From positions 6,004 through 28,697 of the forward strand of contig JBHLRP010000040.1 in assembly GCA_048882485.1 (NCBI GenBank): a stretch of DNA of 22,694 bases, given 5' to 3'. The DNA comes from Candidatus Thorarchaeota archaeon. Lineage in GTDB: Archaea > Asgardarchaeota > Thorarchaeia > Thorarchaeales > Thorarchaeaceae. The position numbers and the translations under genes were made by a program. The notes under the pieces were generated by a model. That model was not told where the DNA came from. It ran no database searches and worked only from the letters and a program-made list of their open reading frames with translations. Below, piece after piece: positions 1 through 7,364 of the stretch; positions within the stretch are counted from its first letter, which is position 1; every line of letters begins with the position of its first letter.

Positions 1-330
1 TTCCACGGGAGTAAAAGCTGACTCAATATTGGAGGAGAGTGGAAGAAATAGGACCATCATTATGATGTAAAGGAAAAAGTATGGAATCAGGAATTGCTTT
101 CCTCGAGATACGGCGAAGTATCGTAAATTTCCCCTATATCGATAGTTATTGTAGGTGAAACCAGCCAGGACGAAGAAGATGGCTATTGTAAAACTGCTCA
201 GATGAATCGTAGCAGGATTGAGCCATGGTATCATGGAATGGACTAGTATGACGAAAGTGATTCCGATGCCTTTTGTCACCTCAATCCATTCAAGCCGAGG
301 TAGTTGGGGCTCACCTTCCATACCTTCCAT
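1..330 (-). CDS. Acyltransferase family 3 (Acyl_transf_3, OafA/YeiB-like) membrane protein, 3' end runs off the window
   Basis: Not in the ORF track. Manual translation from ATG at 330 (or 321) gives MEGMEGEPQLPRLEWIEVTKGIGITFVILVHSMIPW...FTIAIFFVLAGF...RGKQFLIPYFF, open to position 1. This matches the R-x-W-I-[DE]-x-x-KG-x-x-I-x-x-V-x-x-x-H, FF-x-x-[SA]G and R-x-x-x-x-x-x-PY motifs of the family. Confidence 0.85.
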   Translation of the reverse strand, partial: MEGMEGEPQLPRLEWIEVTKGIGITFVILVHSMIPWLNPATIHLSSFTIAIFFVLAGFTYNNYRYRGNLRYFAVSRGKQFLIPYFFLYIIMMVLFLPLSSNIESAFTPVE

Positions 331-430
331 GAGTATATTCTCCGCCCTTGTTCCTCTACAAAGTTTTCATTCTTTTAGGGCTTCATCCTGAAGAGTCTTT
401 AGGCGCCCCTTCAGTTGTAGATTGATTCTC

Positions 431-1426
431 ATGTCAGAAGTACTGATTCTTTCACAGAATGAAGTGCAATCCTGTCTTCCCATGGGAAAGACGATCGAGG
501 CAGTACGCGAGGCATATATTGCATTCGCCAAGGGCAGAGTGCAGCTAGCACCAGTTGCACATCTGGATGTCAAGCAGTATAACGGAGAGGTCGATATCAA
601 GCCCGGGTATGTCGAGGACTTTGGAATCATCGGGACAAAGATTGCCAGCGGATACTACGACAACCACAAACTCGGACTGCCGCCAGGAGTTGCCGTCATT
701 GTACTTATGGATCTGAAAACGAGTATGCCCATCGCTATAATGGATGGGACCTACATCACTGCCTACAGAACTGGTGCTGCTGGTGCTGTTGCAGCCGATG
801 TCTTGGCCAGGAAGAATTCAAAGATTGTAGGGGTTGTAGGCACCGGAACCCAAGGAAGAATGCAGATTATGGCCCTGAGAGAGCTCTTCAATATAGAAGA
901 GATTCGGGCTTGGGACATCGTCGGAGAAGTAGCTGAGCGCTATGCAAAGGAGATGGCTGAGAGTCTGGGGATAGAAGTAAATGCGTTTTCAGATGTGGGG
1001 GATGTCGTTCGAGATGTGGATATCGTCGTGACAGTGACTCCGTCTAGAGAGGCATTAGTCAAGAGTGATTGGATAGGAGAGGGCGTCCATATCAATGCAA
1101 TAGGAGCAGATGGCCCAGGGAAGCAAGAACTGGACCCCAAGATTGTGGCGAATGCAGACAAAATTGTGGTGGACAGCCTTGTCCAGTGTCGAAGGATTGG
1201 AGAGATTCAACATGCTTTAGCACAGAACCTCATTACTGAAGACAATGTGCATGCCGAGATAGGCCAGATTCTGATTGGTGACAAGTCTGGTCGGGAGTCA
1301 GACGAGGAGGTAACCATGTTTGATTCAACTGGTCTAGCAGCTCAGGATATTGCTGCTGCATACCTGGTCTATAAGGAAGCCAAGGAAAAGGGACTGGGAC
1401 TGACTACAAATCTACTAGACGTCTAA
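431..1426 (+). CDS. Ornithine cyclodeaminase / mu-crystallin family NAD(P)-dependent enzyme (EutC-like / archaeal alanine dehydrogenase family)
   Basis: Motifs GEVDIK, K-x-ASG-YY-DN-x-x-LGLP, T-x-x-RTGAAGAVA, GTGTQG Rossmann loop, HINAIGAD-x-PGK-x-E and FDSTG-x-A-x-QD. ATG at 431 preferred over TTG at 422. Confidence 0.92.
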   Translation: MSEVLILSQNEVQSCLPMGKTIEAVREAYIAFAKGRVQLAPVAHLDVKQYNGEVDIKPGYVEDFGIIGTKIASGYYDNHKLGLPPGVAVIVLMDLKTSMPIAIMDGTYITAYRTGAAGAVAADVLARKNSKIVGVVGTGTQGRMQIMALRELFNIEEIRAWDIVGEVAERYAKEMAESLGIEVNAFSDVGDVVRDVDIVVTVTPSREALVKSDWIGEGVHINAIGADGPGKQELDPKIVANADKIVVDSLVQCRRIGEIQHALAQNLITEDNVHAEIGQILIGDKSGRESDEEVTMFDSTGLAAQDIAAAYLVYKEAKEKGLGLTTNLLDV

Positions 1427-1438
1427 GGTGAGTGTGTC

Positions 1439-2401
1439 GTGGAAGAAATCAGCTTGGAGAGCATTCGGAGGGCGCAAAAGACCATCAAGAAATATGTCAA
1501 AGCCACACCGATTGTCCGTTCATATTCCCTCAGTCAACGGTGCAAGGGCGAAGTCTATCTTAAGCTGGAAAATCAGCAGCACACTAACTCGTTCAAGGTT
1601 CGCGGTGCACTAAACAGAATGTCACAGCTGAAAGCTAGAGAGAGGAAGAAGGGAGTTGTCACCGCCTCGTCTGGAAATCATGCACAAGGCGTTGCATATG
1701 CCGCGCAGCAGCTCGGCATACCTGCCACAATAGTCGTACCAAATGAGGTCTCCAAGGCCAAGTTGAAGAAGGTCAAGGAGTTTGATGTTGATGTTGTTTT
1801 GGGCGGAGGGTTCGATGAGGTAGAGGCAAAAGCTAGGGAGATGGCCAAGACCGAGAAACTGACCTATGTAAGCCCCTACAATGACTACGCGGTAATGGCT
1901 GGACAGGGCACTATTGGCCTAGAGATTATTGAGGAAATCGACTCCTTTGACTCGATTGTCGTACCTGTTGGGGGAGGCGGATTGATTGCAGGCATCGCTG
2001 TGGCTGTCAAGAGCACTAGACCTGATACTCAGGTGATAGGAGTCCAGACACCGGGGTCAGCCACAATGTATGAGTCATGGCTCGCAGGCGAGGTCGTTGA
2101 GATAGAAGAGTCAGACACCCTTGCAGAGGCATTTTTGGGAGGGGTTGAAAAAGGGTCTCTGACGCTGGATGTCATAATGAATTATGTCGACGATATTGTG
2201 CTAGTCGATGAAGAAACCGTGGGAGATGCAATCCGCCTTCTTTGGATTGAGGAGAAACAGGTGATTGAGGGAGCGGGAGCGACTGCCATAAGCCCCCTGC
2301 TAGAAACGCCTGACCGATTCAACGGACTTACTGTTGTCTGTGTTGTAAGTGGAGGCAATATCGAACAGCCACTATTTGACCGAATTGTTGGAAGAACTTA
2401 G
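1439..2401 (+). CDS. PLP-dependent serine/threonine dehydratase (short form, no ACT domain; EutB/TdcB-like)
   Basis: LKLE-x-x-Q-x-T-x-SFKVRGA (PLP lysine), [15 protein letters not shown] and SGGN motifs. AGGTGA RBS upstream, 12 nt after the previous stop, so probably co-transcribed. Confidence 0.93.
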   Translation: MEEISLESIRRAQKTIKKYVKATPIVRSYSLSQRCKGEVYLKLENQQHTNSFKVRGALNRMSQLKARERKKGVVTASSGNHAQGVAYAAQQLGIPATIVVPNEVSKAKLKKVKEFDVDVVLGGGFDEVEAKAREMAKTEKLTYVSPYNDYAVMAGQGTIGLEIIEEIDSFDSIVVPVGGGGLIAGIAVAVKSTRPDTQVIGVQTPGSATMYESWLAGEVVEIEESDTLAEAFLGGVEKGSLTLDVIMNYVDDIVLVDEETVGDAIRLLWIEEKQVIEGAGATAISPLLETPDRFNGLTVVCVVSGGNIEQPLFDRIVGRT

Positions 2402-2421
2402 CGAATCATGTAAATTCGGTC

Positions 2422-2462
2422 AATAGAGTCATCGGCTCAGGAATGCGCTCGTTGTCATTCTT
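2422..2462 (-). repeat. Inverted att-like site; contains an exact 12-bp copy of tRNA-Gly(GCC) nt 1-12
   Basis: Plus strand 2445-2456 GCGCTCGTTGTC equals 3759-3770. The minus strand reads AAGAATG-ACAACGA-GCGCATTC-CTGAGCCGATGACTCTATT, which aligns with the tRNA 3' end and trailer TCGAATC-CCGGCGA-GCGCACCA...TTCAGCCCTATGACTCAATT. Confidence 0.7.
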
Positions 2463-2514
2463 ATTCCTAATGTAGTTTCTAGGAGCGCGGACGAAAGGGA
2501 ATCATTCCTCTGAA

Positions 2515-3543
2515 TCATTGATATCGATTTATCCTCCAGAGGACTGATGCCAACAGCTGGTATTGATTCCAAACATGTCCTGGTCTTATTTCAAAGCCTT
2601 TTTCCTTCAGACCTAGACTGTAGGCGATTGATGATCTTAATTTCTTGAACTCTCTGAAGACTACGAAAGCATACACTCGATGCTCAACATATACACTCGA
2701 TTCAGCACTGGAAATCTCCTGAATAAACTCTCGAAGCTTTGTTCTATTGCACTGCTTATCCTGTAGCCATTGAGTCTTGAAACGTTCGATCGATTTTGAT
2801 GGTTCACCCCAAGGAGTTCGTTTTCCTTTATGCTTTTTTTCAAATTGTTTGCGAAAGAGAGAGAGTTGCTTGAAGTGTTCTTTGACTTCCTTATTGGTGA
2901 GTTCACAGAACAATTGATCGAAAGATTTTGGATATGGTGGTTCAAGTACTAACACACGAGTTTCATTCCTTAGCAGTCCATCCAACAGAGTGATGATTTC
3001 ATCTTCTAGAGTTTCGACAGCTATTATCCAACGCAATGGATTGGATACAATCTTGGTCAAACGTGTCACATCCTCTATGTCTATGTTGAAACCACGCCCC
3101 AAAAGATAACGTTCAATGTCCTTAACAATCGTATTTCTGTGCCTCTCAATAAATGGTTGAATTTCAAGTACAGGTGGACCCTCCCATTGAAAACTGCTAT
3201 CATCAGTTGCTTCAAGTGCTGTTTCTATCCATTCTACCTCGATTGCTCTCAATTTCCTGAGTGCACGAATATAGTATTTGTTACACATGGCATGTTCTAC
3301 ATAGAGTAATTCTGGAAGAATAGATTCCAAGTAGTTGTGTTTGGTTTTTGAAGCTCCTGAACGTATGCTTCTGAATCGCATAATGGATTTGGGAAGTCGT
3401 ATAGTAGTGGAGTATTCTACGCCCATGACCTGAGGAATTCTTTTTTCATCTTGGTCTGTCCATGTAATTTCAAAACATGTTCCACTGACTGAGAAGTCTT
3501 TCAATTCATTTGACCTTTTCTTCCCATCTTCTTTACTAACCAC
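2515..3543 (-). CDS. Hypothetical protein (orphan, AT-rich, 342 aa)
   Basis: Long ORF with protein-like composition, visibly more AT-rich than the flanking housekeeping genes. No family recognised and the start codon is uncertain. Confidence 0.7.
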   Translation of the reverse strand: MVSKEDGKKRSNELKDFSVSGTCFEITWTDQDEKRIPQVMGVEYSTTIRLPKSIMRFRSIRSGASKTKHNYLESILPELLYVEHAMCNKYYIRALRKLRAIEVEWIETALEATDDSSFQWEGPPVLEIQPFIERHRNTIVKDIERYLLGRGFNIDIEDVTRLTKIVSNPLRWIIAVETLEDEIITLLDGLLRNETRVLVLEPPYPKSFDQLFCELTNKEVKEHFKQLSLFRKQFEKKHKGKRTPWGEPSKSIERFKTQWLQDKQCNRTKLREFIQEISSAESSVYVEHRVYAFVVFREFKKLRSSIAYSLGLKEKGFEIRPGHVWNQYQLLASVLWRINRYQ

Positions 3544-3725
3544 TCCTATTTTCCCTCCGTTCTTAAGTTGTTATGCATCGTTATGAAAGAACTACCACTT
3601 CCTCTAATCAAGACTTATCTTGGAGTTGTGTTCTAGAAGGGGAGTCATTGCTGTTTCTTCTGTTGATGTTCCTTAATTGTATATTGACAATAAGGGGTCG
3701 TGCGTAGTGGCACCAAAGCAGTATC

Positions 3726-3732
3726 TTTAAAA
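3726..3732 (+). promoter_or_regulatory. TATA-like box of tRNA-Gly(GCC)
   Basis: TTTAAAA lies 27-33 nt upstream of tRNA position 1. The TCC tRNA has TTTAAAT at a similar distance. Confidence 0.55.
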
Positions 3733-3758
3733 CAATCCCAGATAGGAAAATCCTCTAA

Positions 3759-3896
3759 GCGCTCGTTGTCTAAAGAATGTCAGTTTCTGATGTTCTGACT
3801 AAGGGGCTATGATGGATCCCTGCCAATGCGCGGGGGTTTATCCCTCGGAACCGTAGAACGGATCCGGCCCGGGTTCGAATCCCGGCGAGCGCACCA
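3759..3896 (+). tRNA. tRNA-Gly(GCC) with two introns (3773-3802 at position 14/15; 3826-3858 at 37/38), CCA encoded
   Basis: Removing both introns gives GCGCTCG TT GTC TAGGGGCTAT GAT G GATCC CT GCC AC GGATC CGGC CCGGG TTCGAAT CCCGG CGAGCGC A CCA, a clean cloverleaf colinear with the intronless tRNA-Gly(TCC) at 16552. Both introns show bulge-helix splice geometry. Confidence 0.93.
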
Positions 3897-3996
3897 CTTC
3901 TTCTTCAGCCCTATGACTCAATTCTTCTAAAGGCAAGTCTTAGGAAGCCCTTATCAACAACTACCAGGAATCAAACACAAAATCTTGGTGAAGCTG

Positions 3997-4173
3997 ATGA
4001 GCCACAAAAGAGCAATAGTTTGGGCAGTAGCGGGAGTCTTCATAATGTTCTCGTTCTTCGAGCTAATGAATTTGGCATTCAGTAGTGGAGACATCCTTAT
4101 AGGACTCGTATTGACACTAATAGCAGCGGGAATTGGCTTCTATATACTAGGATACGGCTTTGACATAGAATAG
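3997..4173 (+). CDS. Small two-TM membrane protein (cassette 1)
   Basis: Two hydrophobic segments. GGTGA RBS before ATG 3997 (the track starts at TTG 3985). Confidence 0.65.
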   Translation: MSHKRAIVWAVAGVFIMFSFFELMNLAFSSGDILIGLVLTLIAAGIGFYILGYGFDIE

Positions 4174-4194
4174 ATAGGCTAAATGAATTCATAG

Positions 4195-4216
4195 TCGATT
4201 CCCAACCAGCGCACTA
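4195..4216 (+). repeat. Degenerate tRNA-Gly 3'-end repeat R1
   Basis: TCGATTC-CCAACCA-GCGCACTA, 17/22 identical to 3875-3896. Confidence 0.7.
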
Positions 4217-4234
4217 TTCCCCTAATTGTGGTTT

Positions 4235-5317
4235 CTATTTTACCAGACTCTCAAAAAGCCGAGCTGATCTATTATCCTGAGGATCAGTTTCAACTGCCTG
4301 CTTCAATGCTTCCCGTGCTTCCTTGATGCGGTTCTGCTTTAGCAGGGCAATTCCAAGGTCACACCAGGCAGCTGTGAGTGACGGGTCAATTCCAATTGCC
4401 GATCTTATTGCAATTTCCGCTTCTTCGTATTTGCTTTGAGCGAGCAAGCATTTGCCCAATGTGTGGGGGAAGCCAGCATATTCAGGGGACTCTTCAGCCA
4501 GTTTCCTATACTTGGCTTCAGCTTGGGGCATGCTTCCCAAACCACTCAATGAGATAGTGAACAACTGCCTAGCTCTAGGATTAATTCGACCCAGTTCTGC
4601 TCGTTTAGTCGAGAGGTCTATTAACCCCATCTCTTCAAGCTTTACCCCAAGTCTATCGATTGCAAAGTCAGTAAGTGGCTCAATGCTTATTGCTTTCTCA
4701 TATGCCTCAAGGGCTTCATCCAACATGCTTTGCATGAGCAGGACAACTCCTAGTTTGACCCACACTACGTAGCTCCGGCTGTTGAATTGAAGGGCTTTCT
4801 GATAACTATGGATAGCTTCTTCGTATTTCTGGTCGCGTTGTTGAAAATCGGCCAACTTCTCCCACTGAAATGAATCATCTGGATGGGTTCTCACGCTTTC
4901 TTCATAGGCTTCCTCTGCTGATACTTCAAGACCTAGCTCAGCAGATAGCTCAGCAATGTGGTTCCATGATGATGTGTCATCTGGTTTTCTAGAAACTGCT
5001 TCGCGAAAGCATTCTATTGCCTCAATCTTGAGGCCTTCTGACATCAAGAAGAAACCTAGCTGCCTCAGGGCGTTGGGACTCGCTTCATGAGTCCGAGCAG
5101 CCTCTCTTAGCATGGTCTTGGCAGCCTCTCTTTTACCATGATTGTAAAGGAATATTGCGTAGGAAGTCAAACCCGCCTCGAATTCCGGATAAATAGATGT
5201 CAATTCTATATAGGTATCCTCAGCTGCTCTGTGATCTCCTTTCTGTTCAAACTCAATGGATTTGGTCAAGAGTCCAAATGCTCTTTCATGTCGTATCCAA
5301 TTCCGAATCCTACGCAA
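4235..5317 (-). CDS. Tetratricopeptide repeat (TPR) protein (cassette 2)
   Basis: Recurrent roughly 34-aa units such as WVKLGVVLLMQSMLDEALEAYEKAISIEP and WCDLGIALLKQNRIKEAREALKQAVETDP. Confidence 0.9.
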   Translation of the reverse strand: MRRIRNWIRHERAFGLLTKSIEFEQKGDHRAAEDTYIELTSIYPEFEAGLTSYAIFLYNHGKREAAKTMLREAARTHEASPNALRQLGFFLMSEGLKIEAIECFREAVSRKPDDTSSWNHIAELSAELGLEVSAEEAYEESVRTHPDDSFQWEKLADFQQRDQKYEEAIHSYQKALQFNSRSYVVWVKLGVVLLMQSMLDEALEAYEKAISIEPLTDFAIDRLGVKLEEMGLIDLSTKRAELGRINPRARQLFTISLSGLGSMPQAEAKYRKLAEESPEYAGFPHTLGKCLLAQSKYEEAEIAIRSAIGIDPSLTAAWCDLGIALLKQNRIKEAREALKQAVETDPQDNRSARLFESLVK

Positions 5318-5403
5318 GGCCTATTCTTCCAGTGATAGCATTGGATTAGTAGCATATAGATTATTGTGAGCGGAACTTGATGCATCCGTTACAAGCCTAT
5401 GAA

Positions 5404-5430
5404 CCGGGTTGGAATCTAGAGGGCGCACTA
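5404..5430 (+). repeat. Degenerate tRNA-Gly 3'-end repeat R2
   Basis: CCGGGTTGGAATC-TAGAGG-GCGCACTA, 21/28 versus 3869-3896 with one gap. Followed by ATTCTCCTTCAGTTGAGTCAAT, which resembles the tRNA trailer CTTCTTCTTCAGCCCTATGACTCAAT. Confidence 0.8.
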
Positions 5431-5456
5431 ATTCTCCTTCAGTTGAGTCAATCCGC

Positions 5457-6098
5457 TCAAGTTGATTGAAGTGACAAAGTTATTTCATAGAACTCTGGCA
5501 TCAAGCCGGTTTGCCAAATCCGAATCTCCTGAGGGATTCCCGTGTCTAGCTCTACTTCTCCCTCCCAGCCATATCCACCATCATAATAGAAAGACAGGAA
5601 CCCAATAACGAATAGATCATTCTGAAAGTAGGAGAAATGCGTGTCGCACGAATACCCGTAGTCACCAGGGTCTGATTGATCAGGATAGAACCTATCCAGT
5701 GTGAACCAGCCACCAATAGGCAGAAAGCACCGTGAAATGGCCTCGTTGATGAAATCCGTTGCATTGCTGCCAATGGTAGTTCCATTCTGATGAACAATCG
5801 GAAGGACTATTGTCGACTTTGATGAGTCCAATACCTCGTCGATGAATTCCGTTTCATTCCAATCATTAGACAAGTCAGGAAGTTCGGTTATCTCAACAGT
5901 CACGAGCGTGTTGTTCAATTCGATGTAGGGGGAAGATGTCCGTAGAACAGTGACTAGGAATGTAAATGTGTTTCCAGTTTGGACATTCCATTCGAATGAG
6001 GGAGTCGGCGGGTAGCTGGTCATAGCAAGCCAAGAGGCCACAAGAATAATGGCTATCAAGCCAGCTGCAAAGGCTTTCCTGTAATTTCGATTCTGCAC
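5457..6098 (-). CDS. Hypothetical secreted or membrane-anchored protein (cassette 3)
   Basis: Basic N-terminus followed by a hydrophobic helix, then a beta-rich acidic domain with several N-x-S/T sequons. GGGAG RBS upstream of the GTG start. Confidence 0.8.
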   Translation of the reverse strand: MQNRNYRKAFAAGLIAIILVASWLAMTSYPPTPSFEWNVQTGNTFTFLVTVLRTSSPYIELNNTLVTVEITELPDLSNDWNETEFIDEVLDSSKSTIVLPIVHQNGTTIGSNATDFINEAISRCFLPIGGWFTLDRFYPDQSDPGDYGYSCDTHFSYFQNDLFVIGFLSFYYDGGYGWEGEVELDTGIPQEIRIWQTGLMPEFYEITLSLQST

Positions 6099-6170
6099 GC
6101 GACACTCCCTCTGTAAATAGTCTATTTGAGAACAGTGTTTTCTGTATTTCTAATCGAAAGCATTACTTTC

Positions 6171-6193
6171 TTCGAATCAGGGCTTGCGCACAA
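6171..6193 (+). repeat. Degenerate tRNA-Gly 3'-end repeat R3
   Basis: TTCGAATC-AGGGCTT-GCGCACAA, 18/23 versus 3874-3896. Followed by CCTCTT (tRNA: CTTCTT). Confidence 0.8.
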
Positions 6194-6297
6194 CCTCTTG
6201 TTTTCCTAGAATCATCGATACGTTATTTTCATCTTCGAATGAGTGCCTAATTTGTAGCAATAATAAGCCTTCAAAATCCAATGGGGATTGAAGTGAG

Positions 6298-6780
6298 ATG
6301 TCTTTTCGGTATACTGTGAGAGTAGGATATTTCCTGCTTGTTCTAACCCTACTATCGCCCTTCAGCGCAATGATCCAAGCCATAACTGAAGATAATACCA
6401 CAATTGTGCTACTTGCGCCCTTGTGGCAGTACATATGGCACAGCACATTGCCAGTTTATTTTGTATTCTCTCCATACGGTTTGCTATACTTTCCATACTA
6501 TGGTTTGAGTGTGTATATCTCGTGGGTAGCTTACAATACAGCCCGTAGGCAGAATATTGAAAGAAAACAGTATGCATGGAGATTAGTCATCATAATAGCT
6601 CTTCAGATTGCAGTGATACTGCTAATTCCACCCTTTAGTGGGGACCCTCAGCCCGTGAATATTCCACTGCCTATAATGGGCGTACTGGGACTTCTTCTTA
6701 CAAACTATACTGTGAGAAAGCTAACTAGTCCATGGGAAAATCAAGAGGTCTTTTCTGAATCAGAGAAAACTCATGCATAG
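6298..6780 (+). CDS. Hypothetical multi-pass membrane protein (cassette 4)
   Basis: About four hydrophobic segments, with an IPLP motif before the last TM. Confidence 0.8.
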   Translation: MSFRYTVRVGYFLLVLTLLSPFSAMIQAITEDNTTIVLLAPLWQYIWHSTLPVYFVFSPYGLLYFPYYGLSVYISWVAYNTARRQNIERKQYAWRLVIIIALQIAVILLIPPFSGDPQPVNIPLPIMGVLGLLLTNYTVRKLTSPWENQEVFSESEKTHA

Positions 6781-6786
6781 CAAGTA

Positions 6787-6810
6787 GTTCGAATCTCTGT
6801 GAGCGCACCA
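6787..6810 (+). repeat. Degenerate tRNA-Gly 3'-end repeat R4
   Basis: GTTCGAATC-TCTGTGA-GCGCACCA, 21/24 versus 3873-3896. Followed by ATTCTCATTCACCGTCCTATG (tRNA trailer: CTTCTTCTTCAGCCCTATG). Confidence 0.9.
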
Positions 6811-6862
6811 ATTCTCATTCACCGTCCTATGCAGGATAACACGTATATCATGAGAGCGTGAG

Positions 6863-7312
6863 ATGTCTGTTATGAATAAGCATCTTCTCCACATGGCTGC
6901 TCGTGTGTGGCTGATTGAAACGCTGTTCTCGATATTGAATTTCTTCGTTCTCATGAATCTCGTCTATGAACCAGCGTGGGGTGAATTGGTAGCACACCAG
7001 ATAGGGATGTCGACAAGAATTGTAGTTATCGCTATTCTCGCATATATGCTACTTCGATATGTCCAGGAATACGAAACGAGAGACCTTGTTCATGTAGGGT
7101 TGCTCTGGGTTGGACTGGAGCTATTGTTCGAATGGGGTGGCAGTCTATTGGTTGGGCGATCTGTAGAAGAAATTCTCATTGGATGGAACATCTTTGCGGG
7201 CTACATTTGGCCCTATGTACTACTCACCTACCTTCTATCCAATCTTGTAATAGGTTTAGCTTTCCATCCAGGGAAGAGAACAGCTGGTCATAGCTCCGAG
7301 ATAAGAGATTGA
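6863..7312 (+). CDS. Conserved hypothetical four-TM membrane protein (cassette 5)
   Basis: Four hydrophobic helices with AHQIG, GLLW-x-x-L-x-L-x-FEW and WNI-x-x-G-x-IWP motifs, reminiscent of a widespread uncharacterised prokaryotic family (recognised from memory, not searched). Confidence 0.8.
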   Translation: MSVMNKHLLHMAARVWLIETLFSILNFFVLMNLVYEPAWGELVAHQIGMSTRIVVIAILAYMLLRYVQEYETRDLVHVGLLWVGLELLFEWGGSLLVGRSVEEILIGWNIFAGYIWPYVLLTYLLSNLVIGLAFHPGKRTAGHSSEIRD

Positions 7313-7342
7313 CGATGACTTGATACGAACTTCTTGTAGCTC

Positions 7343-7364
7343 TCGAATCCCGATGAGGACACCG
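7343..7364 (+). repeat. Degenerate tRNA-Gly 3'-end repeat R5
   Basis: TCGAATC-CCGATGA-GGACACCG, 17/22 versus 3875-3896. Followed by TTTCTCACTTCATTTGATTC. Confidence 0.75.

Noticed and set aside
2457-3758. Casposon or IS-type element with a 12-bp target-site duplication
   Set aside because: No credible terminal inverted repeats (only a short TTCCTA match), and no Cas1, PolB or transposase motifs.
3869-7364. CRISPR array interpretation of the repeats
   Set aside because: The intervals are gene-sized and unequal, the repeats are degenerate and tRNA-derived, and there are no cas genes.
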